From an uncultured Gammaproteobacteria bacterium (GTDB taxonomy: Bacteria; Pseudomonadota; Gammaproteobacteria; SZUA-152): a stretch of 64,000 nucleotides of DNA. The translations under genes were made by a program, and so were the position numbers. The notes below the pieces were generated by a model. The model saw only the letters and a program-made list of their open reading frames with translations, did no database searches and was not told the origin of the DNA. The stretch covers positions 13,528-77,527 of the forward strand of contig CAJVYS010000003.1 of assembly GCA_913009875.1 (NCBI GenBank), in the 5' to 3' direction. Positions 30,649 through 41,887 of the stretch are shown here, one piece after another (within the stretch, counting starts at the first letter, position 1; each line of letters starts with the position of its first letter).

Positions 30649-31893
30649 GTGCGTGAACCCATTCTGATGCCGAGCCTTTCCGATACCATGGAAACAGGCC
30701 ATCTTATCGACTGGTTGAAACAACCGGGCGACGCGGTAAAAAAGGGCGAAGCCATTGCCGAAGTGGAAACGGACAAGGCGGTCATGGATGTAGAAGCCTT
30801 TTATGATGGCTATCTGGCTGGCCCCCTGGCGGCGGCGGACACGGATATTCCCGTGGGCGTGGTGATCGGTTACATCGTCGATAGCCTGGGTGCGGAAAAA
30901 GCCACGGAAAAACAGGAAAAACAAGAGAAGCAGAAAGTGGATAAAGCCCCCCTCGCCAAGGCGGCAGATGTAGGCATAAAAGCACCACCACCGGCTGTTC
31001 AAACATCGACGGAAGCACCGGCTCAGGCGGCCAAGGCTCCAGCATCAGCCAAGCCAATGGCAACCGACATGACATCGAGCAAACACATTCCCGCCTCACC
31101 CTATGCACGTGGGCTGGCGCGAGAACTGGGCATCGATCTGGCACGGCTGACAGCAGGACCAGACGGCAGCATCCGTTCCGTTCAGGTAGTATCGGCCGCA
31201 CTGGGCAGGGTTGAACCGAATCTCAGCGATGGCCCGGACTATGAGCTTCATCCCCTCACTCCAATGCAGAAGGCCATAGCCAATAACATGATGGCGGCCG
31301 CGACGACCCCCACATTTCGTGTTAGTGCCCGGTTTCCGCTTGCACCGCTGATTGCCTTGGCGCACGAAGAAGGTTACTCCCTCACCTTGCTGCTGGCTCG
31401 CGCCTGTGCATTGACTGTAGAGGCGCATCCGCGTTTCAACGCAGTGCTCACCCCGCAGGGGTTGGCGCAGCGGCAACAGGTCGATGTCGGTATTGCGGTG
31501 GATGTGCCCAATGGTCTGGTTACGCCGGTATTGCGTGATGTCGCACGCCGTCCAGTCGAGGAACTGGCCGGGAACTGGAACACGCTGAAGGAGCGGGCGA
31601 CAGGCAAGCAACACAGCCAACGTCTGACACCACAAGACTACCGCGGGGCAACTTTTTATCTCTCCAATCTTGGCATGTTCAGTAGCGTTGTCCATTTTGA
31701 TGCCGTTGTTCCCGCTGGTGCCGTGGCGATACTCGCGGTTGCTGCAATACAGGATGGCCTTGTCGAATTCACACTCAGCTGTGATCACCGGGTGGTCTAT
31801 GGCGCCGATGCGGCACGCTTTATGGAAACACTGGCCCTGTTGCTGGGTGATCCCACTGGTCTTGATGCTGCACCGACCAGCGGCGCTGCGTGA
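30649..31893 (+). CDS. pdhC: Dihydrolipoamide acyltransferase E2
   Basis: Lipoyl ETDKA, ASPYAR subunit-binding domain, SNLG, DHRVVYG. Confidence 0.88.
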   Translation: MREPILMPSLSDTMETGHLIDWLKQPGDAVKKGEAIAEVETDKAVMDVEAFYDGYLAGPLAAADTDIPVGVVIGYIVDSLGAEKATEKQEKQEKQKVDKAPLAKAADVGIKAPPPAVQTSTEAPAQAAKAPASAKPMATDMTSSKHIPASPYARGLARELGIDLARLTAGPDGSIRSVQVVSAALGRVEPNLSDGPDYELHPLTPMQKAIANNMMAAATTPTFRVSARFPLAPLIALAHEEGYSLTLLLARACALTVEAHPRFNAVLTPQGLAQRQQVDVGIAVDVPNGLVTPVLRDVARRPVEELAGNWNTLKERATGKQHSQRLTPQDYRGATFYLSNLGMFSSVVHFDAVVPAGAVAILAVAAIQDGLVEFTLSCDHRVVYGADAARFMETLALLLGDPTGLDAAPTSGAA

Positions 31894-31903
31894 GACGGGC
31901 AAT

Positions 31904-32611
31904 ATGTCACCGAGCAAGACACACATGAAAACCTGCCAGGTCTGTCGGCATAGCAAGCCGATGAACCAATTGTTGCCGGCACGACTGGTGCGAGGTGGTG
32001 TGTTGAGCTTGATCCGTGGGGATATCCCGGACTGGCAGGATGACGGCTACATCTGTTTCACCTGCCTCAACCGTTACCGCACCGAATATGTGCAGAATTT
32101 GATGGAAAAGGATCTGGGTGAACTGGATGAACTTGAACAAGAAGTGATGAATAGCCTGCAGGATAATGCTCTGCTTTCCGAGAATATCAATGAGGAATAT
32201 GAACAATCCCTGACCTTTGGCGATCACATCTCCGACAAGGTGGCTGAGTTTGGCGGCAGCTGGAAATTCATCATTTTGTTCGGTGTCGTTCTCGCTATCT
32301 GGATCATCATCAATACGGTGTTTGTGCTTGCCGGACCCTTTGATCCCTATCCCTTTATTCTGCTCAATCTCGTACTTTCACTGCTGGCGGCGATACAGGC
32401 GCCGGTCATCATGATGAGTCAGAATCGTCAGGAAGACCGTGACCGCATTCGTGCAGAAAATGATTACCAAGTGAATCTAAAGGCCGAAATGGAAGTCCGA
32501 CTGATCAGTGAAAAGCTCGACCAGTTGTTACATCAGGAAATGCGGCGTTTCATGGAGGTTCAGGAGATTCAGATGGAAATGCTGAATGAACTACATGACA
32601 AGATACGATGA
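31904..32611 (+). CDS. DUF1003 membrane protein
   Basis: FGGSWKF, FDPYPFILLNLVLS, QAPVIMMSQNRQ; N-terminal CxxC pairs. Confidence 0.9.
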   Translation: MSPSKTHMKTCQVCRHSKPMNQLLPARLVRGGVLSLIRGDIPDWQDDGYICFTCLNRYRTEYVQNLMEKDLGELDELEQEVMNSLQDNALLSENINEEYEQSLTFGDHISDKVAEFGGSWKFIILFGVVLAIWIIINTVFVLAGPFDPYPFILLNLVLSLLAAIQAPVIMMSQNRQEDRDRIRAENDYQVNLKAEMEVRLISEKLDQLLHQEMRRFMEVQEIQMEMLNELHDKIR

Positions 32612-32695
32612 GACATTTTTTGCCCCCCTTTCCCTTTGCAGGGAGAGAGGACGGCCGGCCGCACAGCTGATCAATAACGTAGTAAGGAGAAAACA

Positions 32696-32992
32696 ATGAC
32701 CAACGAAGAACAATTAGTTGAATCTCATGTCAGAGAGTATGAGTCACGTCTGAGACATATTGATGAACTCATCGCGCGCGCAAGCAAAACGGATTTTCAG
32801 AAGGTAGAGTATCAGTCTGAACTATCGGACCTGAAACAGAAACGCAACAAGCTGTCGGGTCACCTCGATGAGATTAAGGCACTGTCCGCTGAGGAATGGG
32901 CAAAGAAGGGTGGCCCAATGGTTATTTGGGATATTGTCGCCGAGCGGCTGGAAAAACTGGTCGAGTATCTTGAGGGCACATCTAAAGATTGA
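32696..32992 (+). CDS. Hypothetical coiled-coil protein
   Basis: 98-aa ORF with TAAGGAG RBS. Confidence 0.75.
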   Translation: MTNEEQLVESHVREYESRLRHIDELIARASKTDFQKVEYQSELSDLKQKRNKLSGHLDEIKALSAEEWAKKGGPMVIWDIVAERLEKLVEYLEGTSKD

Positions 32993-33050
32993 TTGTGACC
33001 TCTGCGTAATGATTTGCTATGCCCTTGAGTAATCACAGGAGACAGACAAC

Positions 33051-35489
33051 ATGTGTGATGAAGCTGGTCAATATATTCGCTGGTTTTCTGAAATGAGTAT
33101 TGATGATGTACCACTGGTTGGCGGCAAGAATGCCTCGTTGGGGGAGATGTATCAAAACCTGCGCTCTGAAGGTGTGCGAATTCCCAATGGGTTTGCCATT
33201 ACCGCAACAGCATATCGTTATGTACTTGATCACAACAATGCCTGGCCGTTATTGCATAAGGCACTTGATGGCCTGAACCCGGACAATATCAAGGACTTGC
33301 AGGCTCGTGGTGATGCTGCCAGGACGATCATCGATGGCTGTGTATTGCCAGATGATCTGAAAGTGAAAATCTCTCAAGGCTATGAGCGATTAAAGCAGGA
33401 ATATGGTGAGAGTTTTTCTGTGGCGGTACGCTCATCGGCCACGGCGGAGGACTCGCCAGAGGCCTCTTTTGCCGGACAAAATGATACCTATCTCAATGTC
33501 AGTAGTGTGGATGCGCTGCTCAATGCCTATAAACGTTGCCTGGCATCCAATTTTACTGACCGTTCCATTCACTATAAATACGACAATGGTTTTGACTATT
33601 ACACAGTCTACCTCTCTGTTGTTGTGATGAAAATGGTGCGCAGTGATTTGGGGGCCAGTGGCGTCATGTTTTCGCTGGACACAGAAACCGGATTCAAAGA
33701 TGTTGTTTTTAACAATGCAGCACTGGGACTGGGTGAAAATGTAGTACAGGGAACGATTGATCCCGATAGTTTCTATGTGCACAAGCCCACATTCAAAAAG
33801 AACTATCGGGCCGTTCTGAAGCGTCGCCTGGGAAAAAAAGAAAAAAAGATGATTTTTACCGACACCCTTAATACCGGCAACATTGCTGTGGAATATACCC
33901 GAAATATTGATACCAGTAACGAGGAAAGAAATCACTTCTGTATCACCGATGCGGATGTCATGGTCCTGACGGACTATGCCATCCGTGTGGAAAACCATTA
34001 TTCACAGAAGGCCGGCTTTTATAAGCCCATGGATATGGAGTGGGCAAAGGATGGCAATGATGGAGAACTGTACATGGTGCAGGCGAGACCGGAGACGGTG
34101 GCATCACAAAAGAAAGGCAGTGTGCTTGAAATATATCACCTGAATGAAAGATCCCGCGTCGTACTCCAGGGTCGAGCTGTCGGCACCAAAATCGGCAGCG
34201 GAAAAGTACGTGCCATCACTGATGTGAAGTATCTCAACGACTTTCAGCCGGGAGAAGTTCTGGTGGCGGATACCACGACACCGGACTGGGAGCCGGTGAT
34301 GAAAACGGCAGCCGCGATCATTACCAATCGTGGTGGCCGTACCTGCCACGCCGCTATCGTTTCACGTGAACTGGGGATTCCCGCCATTGTTGGATCCGGG
34401 CGTGCGACTGAGTTATTGAGAAACGGGCAGGAAGTCACCGTCAGTTGTGCCGAAGGCGAAACCGGTAATGTCTATGAGGGTATTCTGGATTTTGAAATTC
34501 AACAGACGGATCTCAGTCAACTGGGGAAACCCAACACCGAGATAATGATGAATGTGGGCAATCCGGATCAGGCGTTCAGCCTCGCCTCATTGCCTGTGGA
34601 TGGTATTGGCCTGGCGCGGATGGAATTTATTATCAATGAATACATCAAGGTGCACCCGATGGCACTTAAGCACCCGGAAAAGGTGGATGCTGAAACCCGT
34701 GAGAAAATCGCGGACATCAGTATTGCCTATGATGATCCTGAAGAATTTTTCATTAAAACTCTTGCCGAGGGTGTCGCCACGATTGCCGCTGCGGTTTATC
34801 CCAAGCCCTGTGTGGTTCGCATGAGCGACTTTAAGAGTAATGAATATGCCACCTTGCTGGGCGGACGTTTTTTTGAACCGGAAGAAGATAATCCGATGAT
34901 CGGTTTTCGTGGTGCATCCCGTTATGTACATCCTGCCTATGCCGAGGGATTTGCTCTGGAGTGCGTAGCTATGAAACAAGTGCGCGATGTCATGGGTATG
35001 ACTAACGTCAAATTGATGATTCCATTCTGCCGACGGGTAGAAGAGGGGAAAAGGGTGTTGGAGGCCATGGCCTCTAACGGTCTCGCACGTGGTGACAGCG
35101 GCCTTGAGATCTATGTTATGTGCGAGATTCCTAACAACGTTATCCTCATTGATGAATTCGCCAAGCTGTTCGACGGTTTTTCCATCGGCTCCAATGACCT
35201 CACCCAGCTGACTCTTGGCGTGGACCGCGATTCGGAAATTGTAGCCTTTGATTTCGATGAGCGTGATCCCGGGGTAAAAGAGATGATCCGTCTAGCGGTG
35301 ACAGGCGCAAAGCGCAATGGCCGTCATTCCGGCCTGTGTGGGCAGGCGCCGTCTGATTATCCCGAGATAGCTGCATACCTGGTGGAAATTGGTATCGATT
35401 CCATGAGTCTCAACCCGGATTCGGTGCTTTCCACTACCCGGCATGTGCTGGCGGTGGAACAGCGTCTGCGGAAGGGTTCTGAGGGATAG
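33051..35489 (+). CDS. ppsA: Phosphoenolpyruvate synthase
   Basis: VGGKNASLGEM, AVRSSATAED, GGRTCHAAI, MCEIPNN, SIGSNDLTQ. Confidence 0.97.
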   Translation: MCDEAGQYIRWFSEMSIDDVPLVGGKNASLGEMYQNLRSEGVRIPNGFAITATAYRYVLDHNNAWPLLHKALDGLNPDNIKDLQARGDAARTIIDGCVLPDDLKVKISQGYERLKQEYGESFSVAVRSSATAEDSPEASFAGQNDTYLNVSSVDALLNAYKRCLASNFTDRSIHYKYDNGFDYYTVYLSVVVMKMVRSDLGASGVMFSLDTETGFKDVVFNNAALGLGENVVQGTIDPDSFYVHKPTFKKNYRAVLKRRLGKKEKKMIFTDTLNTGNIAVEYTRNIDTSNEERNHFCITDADVMVLTDYAIRVENHYSQKAGFYKPMDMEWAKDGNDGELYMVQARPETVASQKKGSVLEIYHLNERSRVVLQGRAVGTKIGSGKVRAITDVKYLNDFQPGEVLVADTTTPDWEPVMKTAAAIITNRGGRTCHAAIVSRELGIPAIVGSGRATELLRNGQEVTVSCAEGETGNVYEGILDFEIQQTDLSQLGKPNTEIMMNVGNPDQAFSLASLPVDGIGLARMEFIINEYIKVHPMALKHPEKVDAETREKIADISIAYDDPEEFFIKTLAEGVATIAAAVYPKPCVVRMSDFKSNEYATLLGGRFFEPEEDNPMIGFRGASRYVHPAYAEGFALECVAMKQVRDVMGMTNVKLMIPFCRRVEEGKRVLEAMASNGLARGDSGLEIYVMCEIPNNVILIDEFAKLFDGFSIGSNDLTQLTLGVDRDSEIVAFDFDERDPGVKEMIRLAVTGAKRNGRHSGLCGQAPSDYPEIAAYLVEIGIDSMSLNPDSVLSTTRHVLAVEQRLRKGSEG

Positions 35490-35759
35490 CGATGATGAAC
35501 GAGGCGGTTCTGGCGCATCGGCTTACCGGCATCAGGCTTGATCAAGAACTACCCCACTGAATAGTCCATTGGCAGACTTTGCCGATGCCATAAATAAATT
35601 ACCTGGCTGTAACTAGGGTTACATCCTCCCGTTCTCACCAAGACTATCATGCATGCAAGTGAGAGATATCAAACTGATAGTGTATTTTCAAAGGAAGTGT
35701 CTCTCAAACACATAATCCAACGAAAAATTAGCTTTCAGACGAAATCAGAGGAAATACGC

Positions 35760-37310
35760 ATGATGATTAAATACAAACAAAGGATTGGTGCGGCAGCGAT
35801 AGTGATTCTGTTGGCTTGCCTGGCAGCCGCTCCATCATTCGCCACCGAAGCATTGGCAGATGTTGATATCAGCTACTGGGTGCGTGATTCCCTTCGCATT
35901 GACCCTCGCGTGGACGCATCGAAGATCAGTGTGGCCAGTGAGCAGGGCATTGTCACTCTGTCCGGCACTGTGGATAACTTGGCGGCGAAGCAATATGCCG
36001 ATCTTGAGGCGAAAAAAATCAATGGTGTTAAGGGCGTTATCAACGAGATTACGGTAATACCCGTGTGGCGCTCGGATGCCGATATCAAGCACACCGTGAA
36101 GCGTCGCCTTCTGCATAGTACTGCCATCAGTTCGGAGAATATCCGGGTCACTGTCAATGACGGCCGGGTCACCCTGTTGGGCGAAGCACCTGACTGGGGG
36201 GAAGTGCAACAGGCCGGCTTGCTGGCCAGTGAGGTTGTTGGCGTAAAAATGGTCACCAATGATGTTGTCGCTGTCTGGCAGTATGAGCGCAGTGACCAGG
36301 CCATCAAGAAAGACGCCATCGCTGCGCTGCAACGCGATGTATATCTGAATGGTCTGCCTATCGTGGTCGATGTTAATAACGGTATTGTCACCCTGAAGGG
36401 TTCGGTTGGTAGTGTCTTTGAAAGTGATCGTGCGATGCAGAAGGTGCGCTGGATTTCGAACGTCAAGGGTGTCGTGAGCAACTTCAAGATTGAGGCTTGG
36501 GAGAATCGTGGTGCGCGCAAGGAAAAGGTCTGGCCATCGGATGATGCGCTGAAGCAAGCCGTTATGGCCGAACTGGATCAGGATCCCTACGTCGTGACCG
36601 CCGGCATCAGTGTTCGTGCCAGCCTCGGCTCGATTACGCTAGATGGCACGGTCAGTAGTTACTACCAGGCGCTTATCGCCGGACAGGATGCCAATAACGT
36701 GGTTGGCGTGGGCTGGGTTGTTAATAACCTATTGGTTGGCGGTACCAGCCGTTCTGACTGGCTGATCGAGGATGATGTTGCTTTTAATCTCGACACGGAT
36801 TATGTGCTGCAAGGCTTTCAGCTTAAGAGCAAGGTCAAGAATGGCGTGGTTAGTCTTACCGGCGAGGTGAACAACAGTTTCGAAAAATACCATGCTGGAA
36901 ATGTGGCGGCCGATGTTCTTGGTGTCAAACAGGTCATCAATCGGATCGCTGTCCTGCGGACGAGTATGAAGAGTGATCAGGCACTCACTGGTGATGTCAT
37001 TAACAATCTCCGTTGGAACTGGACTACCCGGCCCGTACTCAAAGATATCAAGGTCAGCGTAATCAACGGTGTCGTTACTCTGAAGGGGGCGGTCGATAGC
37101 GGGTCCGAGCGCCGTGAGGCGGGTCGTGTTGCGTTTCGTACCGCAGGTATTTTGGCGGTGGACAACCAACTAACGGTGACCAGTTACGATGCCAATTATC
37201 CATGGGATCAATGGTTCGACAAGAGTATACCCGGGCAATGGGATCCGACCTACTATCCTGGCCATATGTGGAAATACTACGAGCATCCGTACTTGTGGGA
37301 TAACAGCTGA
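35760..37310 (+). CDS. Periplasmic multi-BON-domain protein (six BON domains)
   Basis: Signal peptide; six D..I...V....G.V.L.G.V...GV..V.N units; Trp/Tyr-rich tail. Confidence 0.88.
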   Translation: MMIKYKQRIGAAAIVILLACLAAAPSFATEALADVDISYWVRDSLRIDPRVDASKISVASEQGIVTLSGTVDNLAAKQYADLEAKKINGVKGVINEITVIPVWRSDADIKHTVKRRLLHSTAISSENIRVTVNDGRVTLLGEAPDWGEVQQAGLLASEVVGVKMVTNDVVAVWQYERSDQAIKKDAIAALQRDVYLNGLPIVVDVNNGIVTLKGSVGSVFESDRAMQKVRWISNVKGVVSNFKIEAWENRGARKEKVWPSDDALKQAVMAELDQDPYVVTAGISVRASLGSITLDGTVSSYYQALIAGQDANNVVGVGWVVNNLLVGGTSRSDWLIEDDVAFNLDTDYVLQGFQLKSKVKNGVVSLTGEVNNSFEKYHAGNVAADVLGVKQVINRIAVLRTSMKSDQALTGDVINNLRWNWTTRPVLKDIKVSVINGVVTLKGAVDSGSERREAGRVAFRTAGILAVDNQLTVTSYDANYPWDQWFDKSIPGQWDPTYYPGHMWKYYEHPYLWDNS

Positions 37311-37403
37311 TATTTGTTTGCGCGGGACCGAGTCAATGAACCCGGTCCCGCGGGATGATTGGCAGTGGAAGAAATGCAACCAGTCTTCGATAGAGGAGTT
37401 ATC

Positions 37404-37838
37404 ATGAAAAAACTACTTATCGTTATTCTTGGTATGACGCTCCTGACACTTGGTGCATGTGCCAACCGTACAGTGAATGAAGTCAGCCCTGGTTCAACGA
37501 CTTACCTCATGCACTATGAGGACGGCAGGATTGCAGAGATCAGGCCTGTTGTCATCAAGGACAGTGGAACGGGCGGCTTTCTGGGTACCATCACCGGCGC
37601 CGTACTTGGATCGACCATGGGCCGGGGGCGCGGCAATGCGCTGGCGACGCTGGCTGGAGGTCTGCTGGGAGCCTATGCTGGCAGTGAAGTTGGCAAGGCG
37701 AATGCGCAGGAACTTGTGGTTGATCTGAATAACGGTGACTCGGTTGTTGTTATAGCCAAAGGCCAGCAATTCGCCGTTGGTCAGCACGTTAGAATCGTTA
37801 CGGAAAATGGCAACGTCATTTCGGTAGAGCATAATTGA
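37404..37838 (+). CDS. SlyB-like glycine-zipper lipoprotein
   Basis: Lipobox LGAC, GxxxG zipper; GAGGAG RBS. Confidence 0.88.
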   Translation: MKKLLIVILGMTLLTLGACANRTVNEVSPGSTTYLMHYEDGRIAEIRPVVIKDSGTGGFLGTITGAVLGSTMGRGRGNALATLAGGLLGAYAGSEVGKANAQELVVDLNNGDSVVVIAKGQQFAVGQHVRIVTENGNVISVEHN

Positions 37839-37942
37839 TCTGCTTTTGAATCCAGAAGCCGAAGAAATACACATCCCCGCAGCAGTACTAAAAACCGGTG
37901 TTTTGAGGTGAACTGTGGGTAATTTATTTATCAGAGATTACT

Positions 37943-38491
37943 ATGAATATTCTGCCCATTGAAAATGATGTATTCAAAAAATTTGGACCCTATACCCTGG
38001 TAACGGGTATTCTTCTGATTATTTTAGGGTTTATTGGCATTGCATTTCCTGTCCTGATGTCCCTGGCAACCAGTATTTTTATTACCTGGCTGTTGCTTAT
38101 TGGTGGCATTTTCTGGGCTATTCATACTTACACTTATAGTCGCAAAAGTGTCATGGAGTGGATCAAACCTACACTTCTACTCGTTACTGGCGGCCTATTG
38201 CTTTTCTATCCCACTTTCGGTGTGGAGACAGTCGGTCTGTTGCTGGCATTTTATCTGTTGCTGGACGCCTTTGGCAGCTTCACCCTTGCCCGTTCTATTC
38301 ATCCCGCCAAGGGTTGGGGGTGGATGACCTTCAACGGTGTTATTTCCGCTTTGTTGGCCACGCTGTTTCTTATTGGCTGGCCAGGCACATCTCTGTGGCT
38401 TGTGGGATTGTATGTCGGCATCAGTCTGCTATTTGATGGTTGGGCATTGGTTGTTATTGGCTGGACGCTTCGCAAAGGTGAACAAGCATGA
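37943..38491 (+). CDS. HdeD/DUF308-family membrane protein
   Basis: Six TM helices; [18 protein letters not shown]. Confidence 0.88.
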   Translation: MNILPIENDVFKKFGPYTLVTGILLIILGFIGIAFPVLMSLATSIFITWLLLIGGIFWAIHTYTYSRKSVMEWIKPTLLLVTGGLLLFYPTFGVETVGLLLAFYLLLDAFGSFTLARSIHPAKGWGWMTFNGVISALLATLFLIGWPGTSLWLVGLYVGISLLFDGWALVVIGWTLRKGEQA

Positions 38492-39792
38492 ATAACTCTT
38501 TTGAAATTCAATCACTCATTGGCCGCGAGATTCTAGACTCTCGCGGTAACCCCACCGTAGAAGTGGAATGCGAACTGCGGGATGGTGCCAGTGCCCGTGC
38601 CGCAGTGCCCTCGGGTGCTTCTACCGGCAGCCGTGAGGCCGTGGAATTGCGCGACGGCGATGCCAGACGTTTTCGTGGCAAGGGTGTCTTGCAGGCGGTG
38701 GCCAACGTCAACGAAATTATCGCGCCGGGACTCCAGGGCTTGGATGCACGCCAGCAGGCTATAATCGATCACGCCATGATCGAACTGGATGGCACGCCGA
38801 ACAAGGCGCGTCTGGGTGCCAATGCCATCCTCGGTGTTTCCTTGGCCGTGGCGCGCGCCGCCGCGGCTGCCAGCAGATTGCCGTTATACCAGTACCTCGG
38901 TGGCCCGGGCGCAACGCGTCTGCCGGTGCCTCACATGAATATTCTCAACGGTGGCGTTCACGCCCACTGGCAGGGGGCGGACTTTCAGGAATTCATGATT
39001 GCGCCCTATGGCGCAGACAGTTTTCGTCAGGCGCTCGAATGGGGCAGTGAGGTTTACCACGCCTTGCAGGCATTGCTGGAAAAGAAGGGGCTCTCTGTCG
39101 GCGTCGGCGATGAGGGTGGTTTTGCGCCGCAGGTCTCATCCAACCAGGAACCCTTTGATCTGATCATGCGGGCGATTGACGACGCGGGCCTGATTCCGGG
39201 GCGGGATGTGGGCATCGCCTGTGACCCGGCCTCCAGTGAGTTTTATGAAAAGGGTAAATACCATTTGCGCAGCGAGAAGCGTAGCTTGGATTCTGCCGCC
39301 ATGACGGCCTATTATGCAAAGCTGATCGACCACTATCCGCTGGTGTTGCTGGAAGACGGTATGGCCGAGGACGATTGGCCGGGCTGGAAGATTCATTTTG
39401 CAGAGCTGGGTGGGCGCATCGAGCTGGTGGGCGACGATGTGTTCTGCACCAATCCAGCGATCATCGCCCGCGGTATTGAGGAGAATATCGCCAATGCCGT
39501 GCTCATCAAGCTCAACCAGATCGGCACCCTGACGGAGACCATTACCGCTACTCGCCTGGCCCGCAACCATGGCTGGGGCGCATTTGTCTCGCACCGCTCG
39601 GGGGAAACCGTGGACAGCTTTATCGCCGACATGACCGTGGCCCTGGATACGGGCCATCTCAAGACCGGGGCACCGGCACGCGGTGAACGGGTGGAGAAAT
39701 ACAACCAACTGCTGCGCATTGAGCAACAGTTGGGAACGGCGGCGAGCTATGCGGGCGTTGGCGCTTATGTACATCCACCCCGGAGGGCCTGA
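38488..39792 (+). CDS. eno: Enolase
   Basis: [40 protein letters not shown]. Confidence 0.97.
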   Translation: MNNSFEIQSLIGREILDSRGNPTVEVECELRDGASARAAVPSGASTGSREAVELRDGDARRFRGKGVLQAVANVNEIIAPGLQGLDARQQAIIDHAMIELDGTPNKARLGANAILGVSLAVARAAAAASRLPLYQYLGGPGATRLPVPHMNILNGGVHAHWQGADFQEFMIAPYGADSFRQALEWGSEVYHALQALLEKKGLSVGVGDEGGFAPQVSSNQEPFDLIMRAIDDAGLIPGRDVGIACDPASSEFYEKGKYHLRSEKRSLDSAAMTAYYAKLIDHYPLVLLEDGMAEDDWPGWKIHFAELGGRIELVGDDVFCTNPAIIARGIEENIANAVLIKLNQIGTLTETITATRLARNHGWGAFVSHRSGETVDSFIADMTVALDTGHLKTGAPARGERVEKYNQLLRIEQQLGTAASYAGVGAYVHPPRRA

Positions 39793-39794
39793 AA

Positions 39795-40505
39795 TTGACG
39801 GCAAGGGAAAAAAGTGCTCGCCTGACCCTGCTGCGCCATGGTGAGTCTATCTGGAATCTGCAAAACCGCTTCACCGGCTGGGTGGATGTTTCACTCAGCC
39901 CGCAGGGTATGGCCGAAGCCCAGCAGGCGGGAGAACTGTTGGCCGATGAGCATTTTGATATTGCTTTTACCTCCACCCTGCTGCGGGCCCAGGACAGTCT
40001 TTATGAAGTCCTCAAGCAGAACCGCCTTTGCAATCACTATGTGCGCGTGCACGAGCAGAGCAGCGAGTGGTATGAGCACTTCACGCCTGGAGAGGGAGAC
40101 GCCAGTGAACTGAAGATCTATGTGTCGGAAAAGCTCAATGAACGCTATTACGGTGATCTGCAAGGCCTGAATAAGGACTGGGCTCGGCAACGTTTTGGCG
40201 AGCAGCAGGTGCATTTGTGGCGGCGCAGTTATGACATTGCGCCTCCGAATGGTGAAAGCTTGAAAATGACTGCGGCAAGAACCATTCCTTACTACCGTGA
40301 ACGTATCATGCCCTGCCTGCAACGGGGAGATGACGTGCTGGTAGTCGCCCATGGCAATTCACTGCGATCGATTATCATGCACCTCGAGCGCATGACGCAG
40401 CAGCAGATCATCGACTATGAACTACCCACCGGTGAGCCACACGTGTATCACTTTGATGAGCAGGCGCAAGTTGTTGGCAAGCATATCCTAAACAGCAACA
40501 CTTAA
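39795..40505 (+). CDS. gpmA: 2,3-BPG-dependent phosphoglycerate mutase
   Basis: LRHGESIWN, FTGWVDV, LNERYYGDLQG, WRRSYD, AHGNSLR. Confidence 0.93.
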   Translation: MTAREKSARLTLLRHGESIWNLQNRFTGWVDVSLSPQGMAEAQQAGELLADEHFDIAFTSTLLRAQDSLYEVLKQNRLCNHYVRVHEQSSEWYEHFTPGEGDASELKIYVSEKLNERYYGDLQGLNKDWARQRFGEQQVHLWRRSYDIAPPNGESLKMTAARTIPYYRERIMPCLQRGDDVLVVAHGNSLRSIIMHLERMTQQQIIDYELPTGEPHVYHFDEQAQVVGKHILNSNT

Positions 40506-40527
40506 TGACAGGCTAGGAGAAACAGAC

Positions 40528-41064
40528 ATGAACAATAAGACTTCAAACTTTGTCGGTGGCGTTTTCAGCAATCCCGAAGATGCGCAGGCCGTGGTGGAGG
40601 AAATGATCAAGCAGGGTTTTCTCATGGATCAGGTATCCATCCTGCACAAGGCCGGGGGCAAGGGTGATGACTTCCTCGGTATTGTCTACACCGATGAAAA
40701 GGAACGCTTCCAGGTGTGGGGTGCGGGCGGCGCCCTGGCCGGCGCCCTCGGCGGCTTGCTGGCCGGCGCTGGCGGCCTGATGCTGATCCCCGGTATCGGC
40801 CCGGTGCTGGTGGCCGGGCCGATCATCAATGCCATCGTCGGCGCCGTGGCTGGTGCTGGCATCATGACCGCCGGAGCGGCCGCCACCCATCTCACCATCG
40901 CCCTGCGCCGCATGGGCATCCCGGAAGACAAGCTGGAGATGCTGCACCAAGCGGTGATGGACGGTAAGACGGTGGTACTGATGAATGTCAGCAAGGATGA
41001 TCCGGAAGCTTGGCGCTCACGCCTGGAATGGAAAGGGGCCGATCCCGTACTCATCCTGCCATGA
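40528..41064 (+). CDS. General-stress/low-temperature-induced-type glycine-rich membrane protein
   Basis: GVF...A...L...GF...SIL, IPGIGPVLVAGP, MGIPE. Confidence 0.7.
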   Translation: MNNKTSNFVGGVFSNPEDAQAVVEEMIKQGFLMDQVSILHKAGGKGDDFLGIVYTDEKERFQVWGAGGALAGALGGLLAGAGGLMLIPGIGPVLVAGPIINAIVGAVAGAGIMTAGAAATHLTIALRRMGIPEDKLEMLHQAVMDGKTVVLMNVSKDDPEAWRSRLEWKGADPVLILP

Positions 41065-41113
41065 ATGTTACAGTGGTGACGTGATCGTGATATTCGTCCG
41101 ATGAGGAGCGTCA

Positions 41114-41620
41114 ATGAGCGAGACCGATCTGACACTGGTGCAGGAATGGGTAAGGCAGTGGGGCTACCTTGGCATTGTCATTCTTATGTTGCTGGAGTCC
41201 GCCCCGCTGATTGGCCTGATGTTACCCGGTATTTTTATCACGATTTCTCTGGGCGCCCTGACGGCAAGTGGCGTTTTACCGTTAGAGAAAACCTGGTTGT
41301 TTGCTTCCCTTGGTGCCATGCTGGGTGACAGCCTGGGCTATTGGGCGGGGCGCCTGGGGTCAAAAGAATTACACTATCATCTGCACAAAACGCGTTTTAT
41401 GGAAAAGCGTTCAAGGGCCTCTGATTATCTGCAGCGCTACGGGGCGGCAGGGATTTCCGTTGGCCGGTTTGTCTGGTTCGTTCATCCAGTCGTACCGCCA
41501 TTGGCAGGTATCTCAGGCATCTCCCCGCAGCGTTTTTATCTTTACGACCTGCCAGCCTGTCTGCTCTGGGTGGCTCTCTATCTGGGGTTGGGACACTGGT
41601 TTGCCGGTATCTGGTTATGA
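41114..41620 (+). CDS. DedA-family membrane protein
   Basis: LES...GLMLPG, GAMLGDSLGYWAGR, GRF. Confidence 0.9.
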   Translation: MSETDLTLVQEWVRQWGYLGIVILMLLESAPLIGLMLPGIFITISLGALTASGVLPLEKTWLFASLGAMLGDSLGYWAGRLGSKELHYHLHKTRFMEKRSRASDYLQRYGAAGISVGRFVWFVHPVVPPLAGISGISPQRFYLYDLPACLLWVALYLGLGHWFAGIWL

Positions 41621-41887
41621 AGGAACCCTGTGATCATTCTGTGGGTGTGTGCCATCAAACAAAGATAATAGCCCGACAAGGCGAGGTGATGGGAAGGTGG
41701 ACACAACCAATAAACCATCCGGTATAAACCTGAGCGATGGTGAAGTGACTACCGTAGGGGCGGAAGACGTTGGCTGTTGGCCCACATTCGCTGGTGTTGC
41801 TTACCTCAGGTTCAAAGAATGAGAGATAAAAGTCGAGAACAAATTGATTTTGCTTGTTGTTATTCGCAGCCCGATATTAGACGGTGG

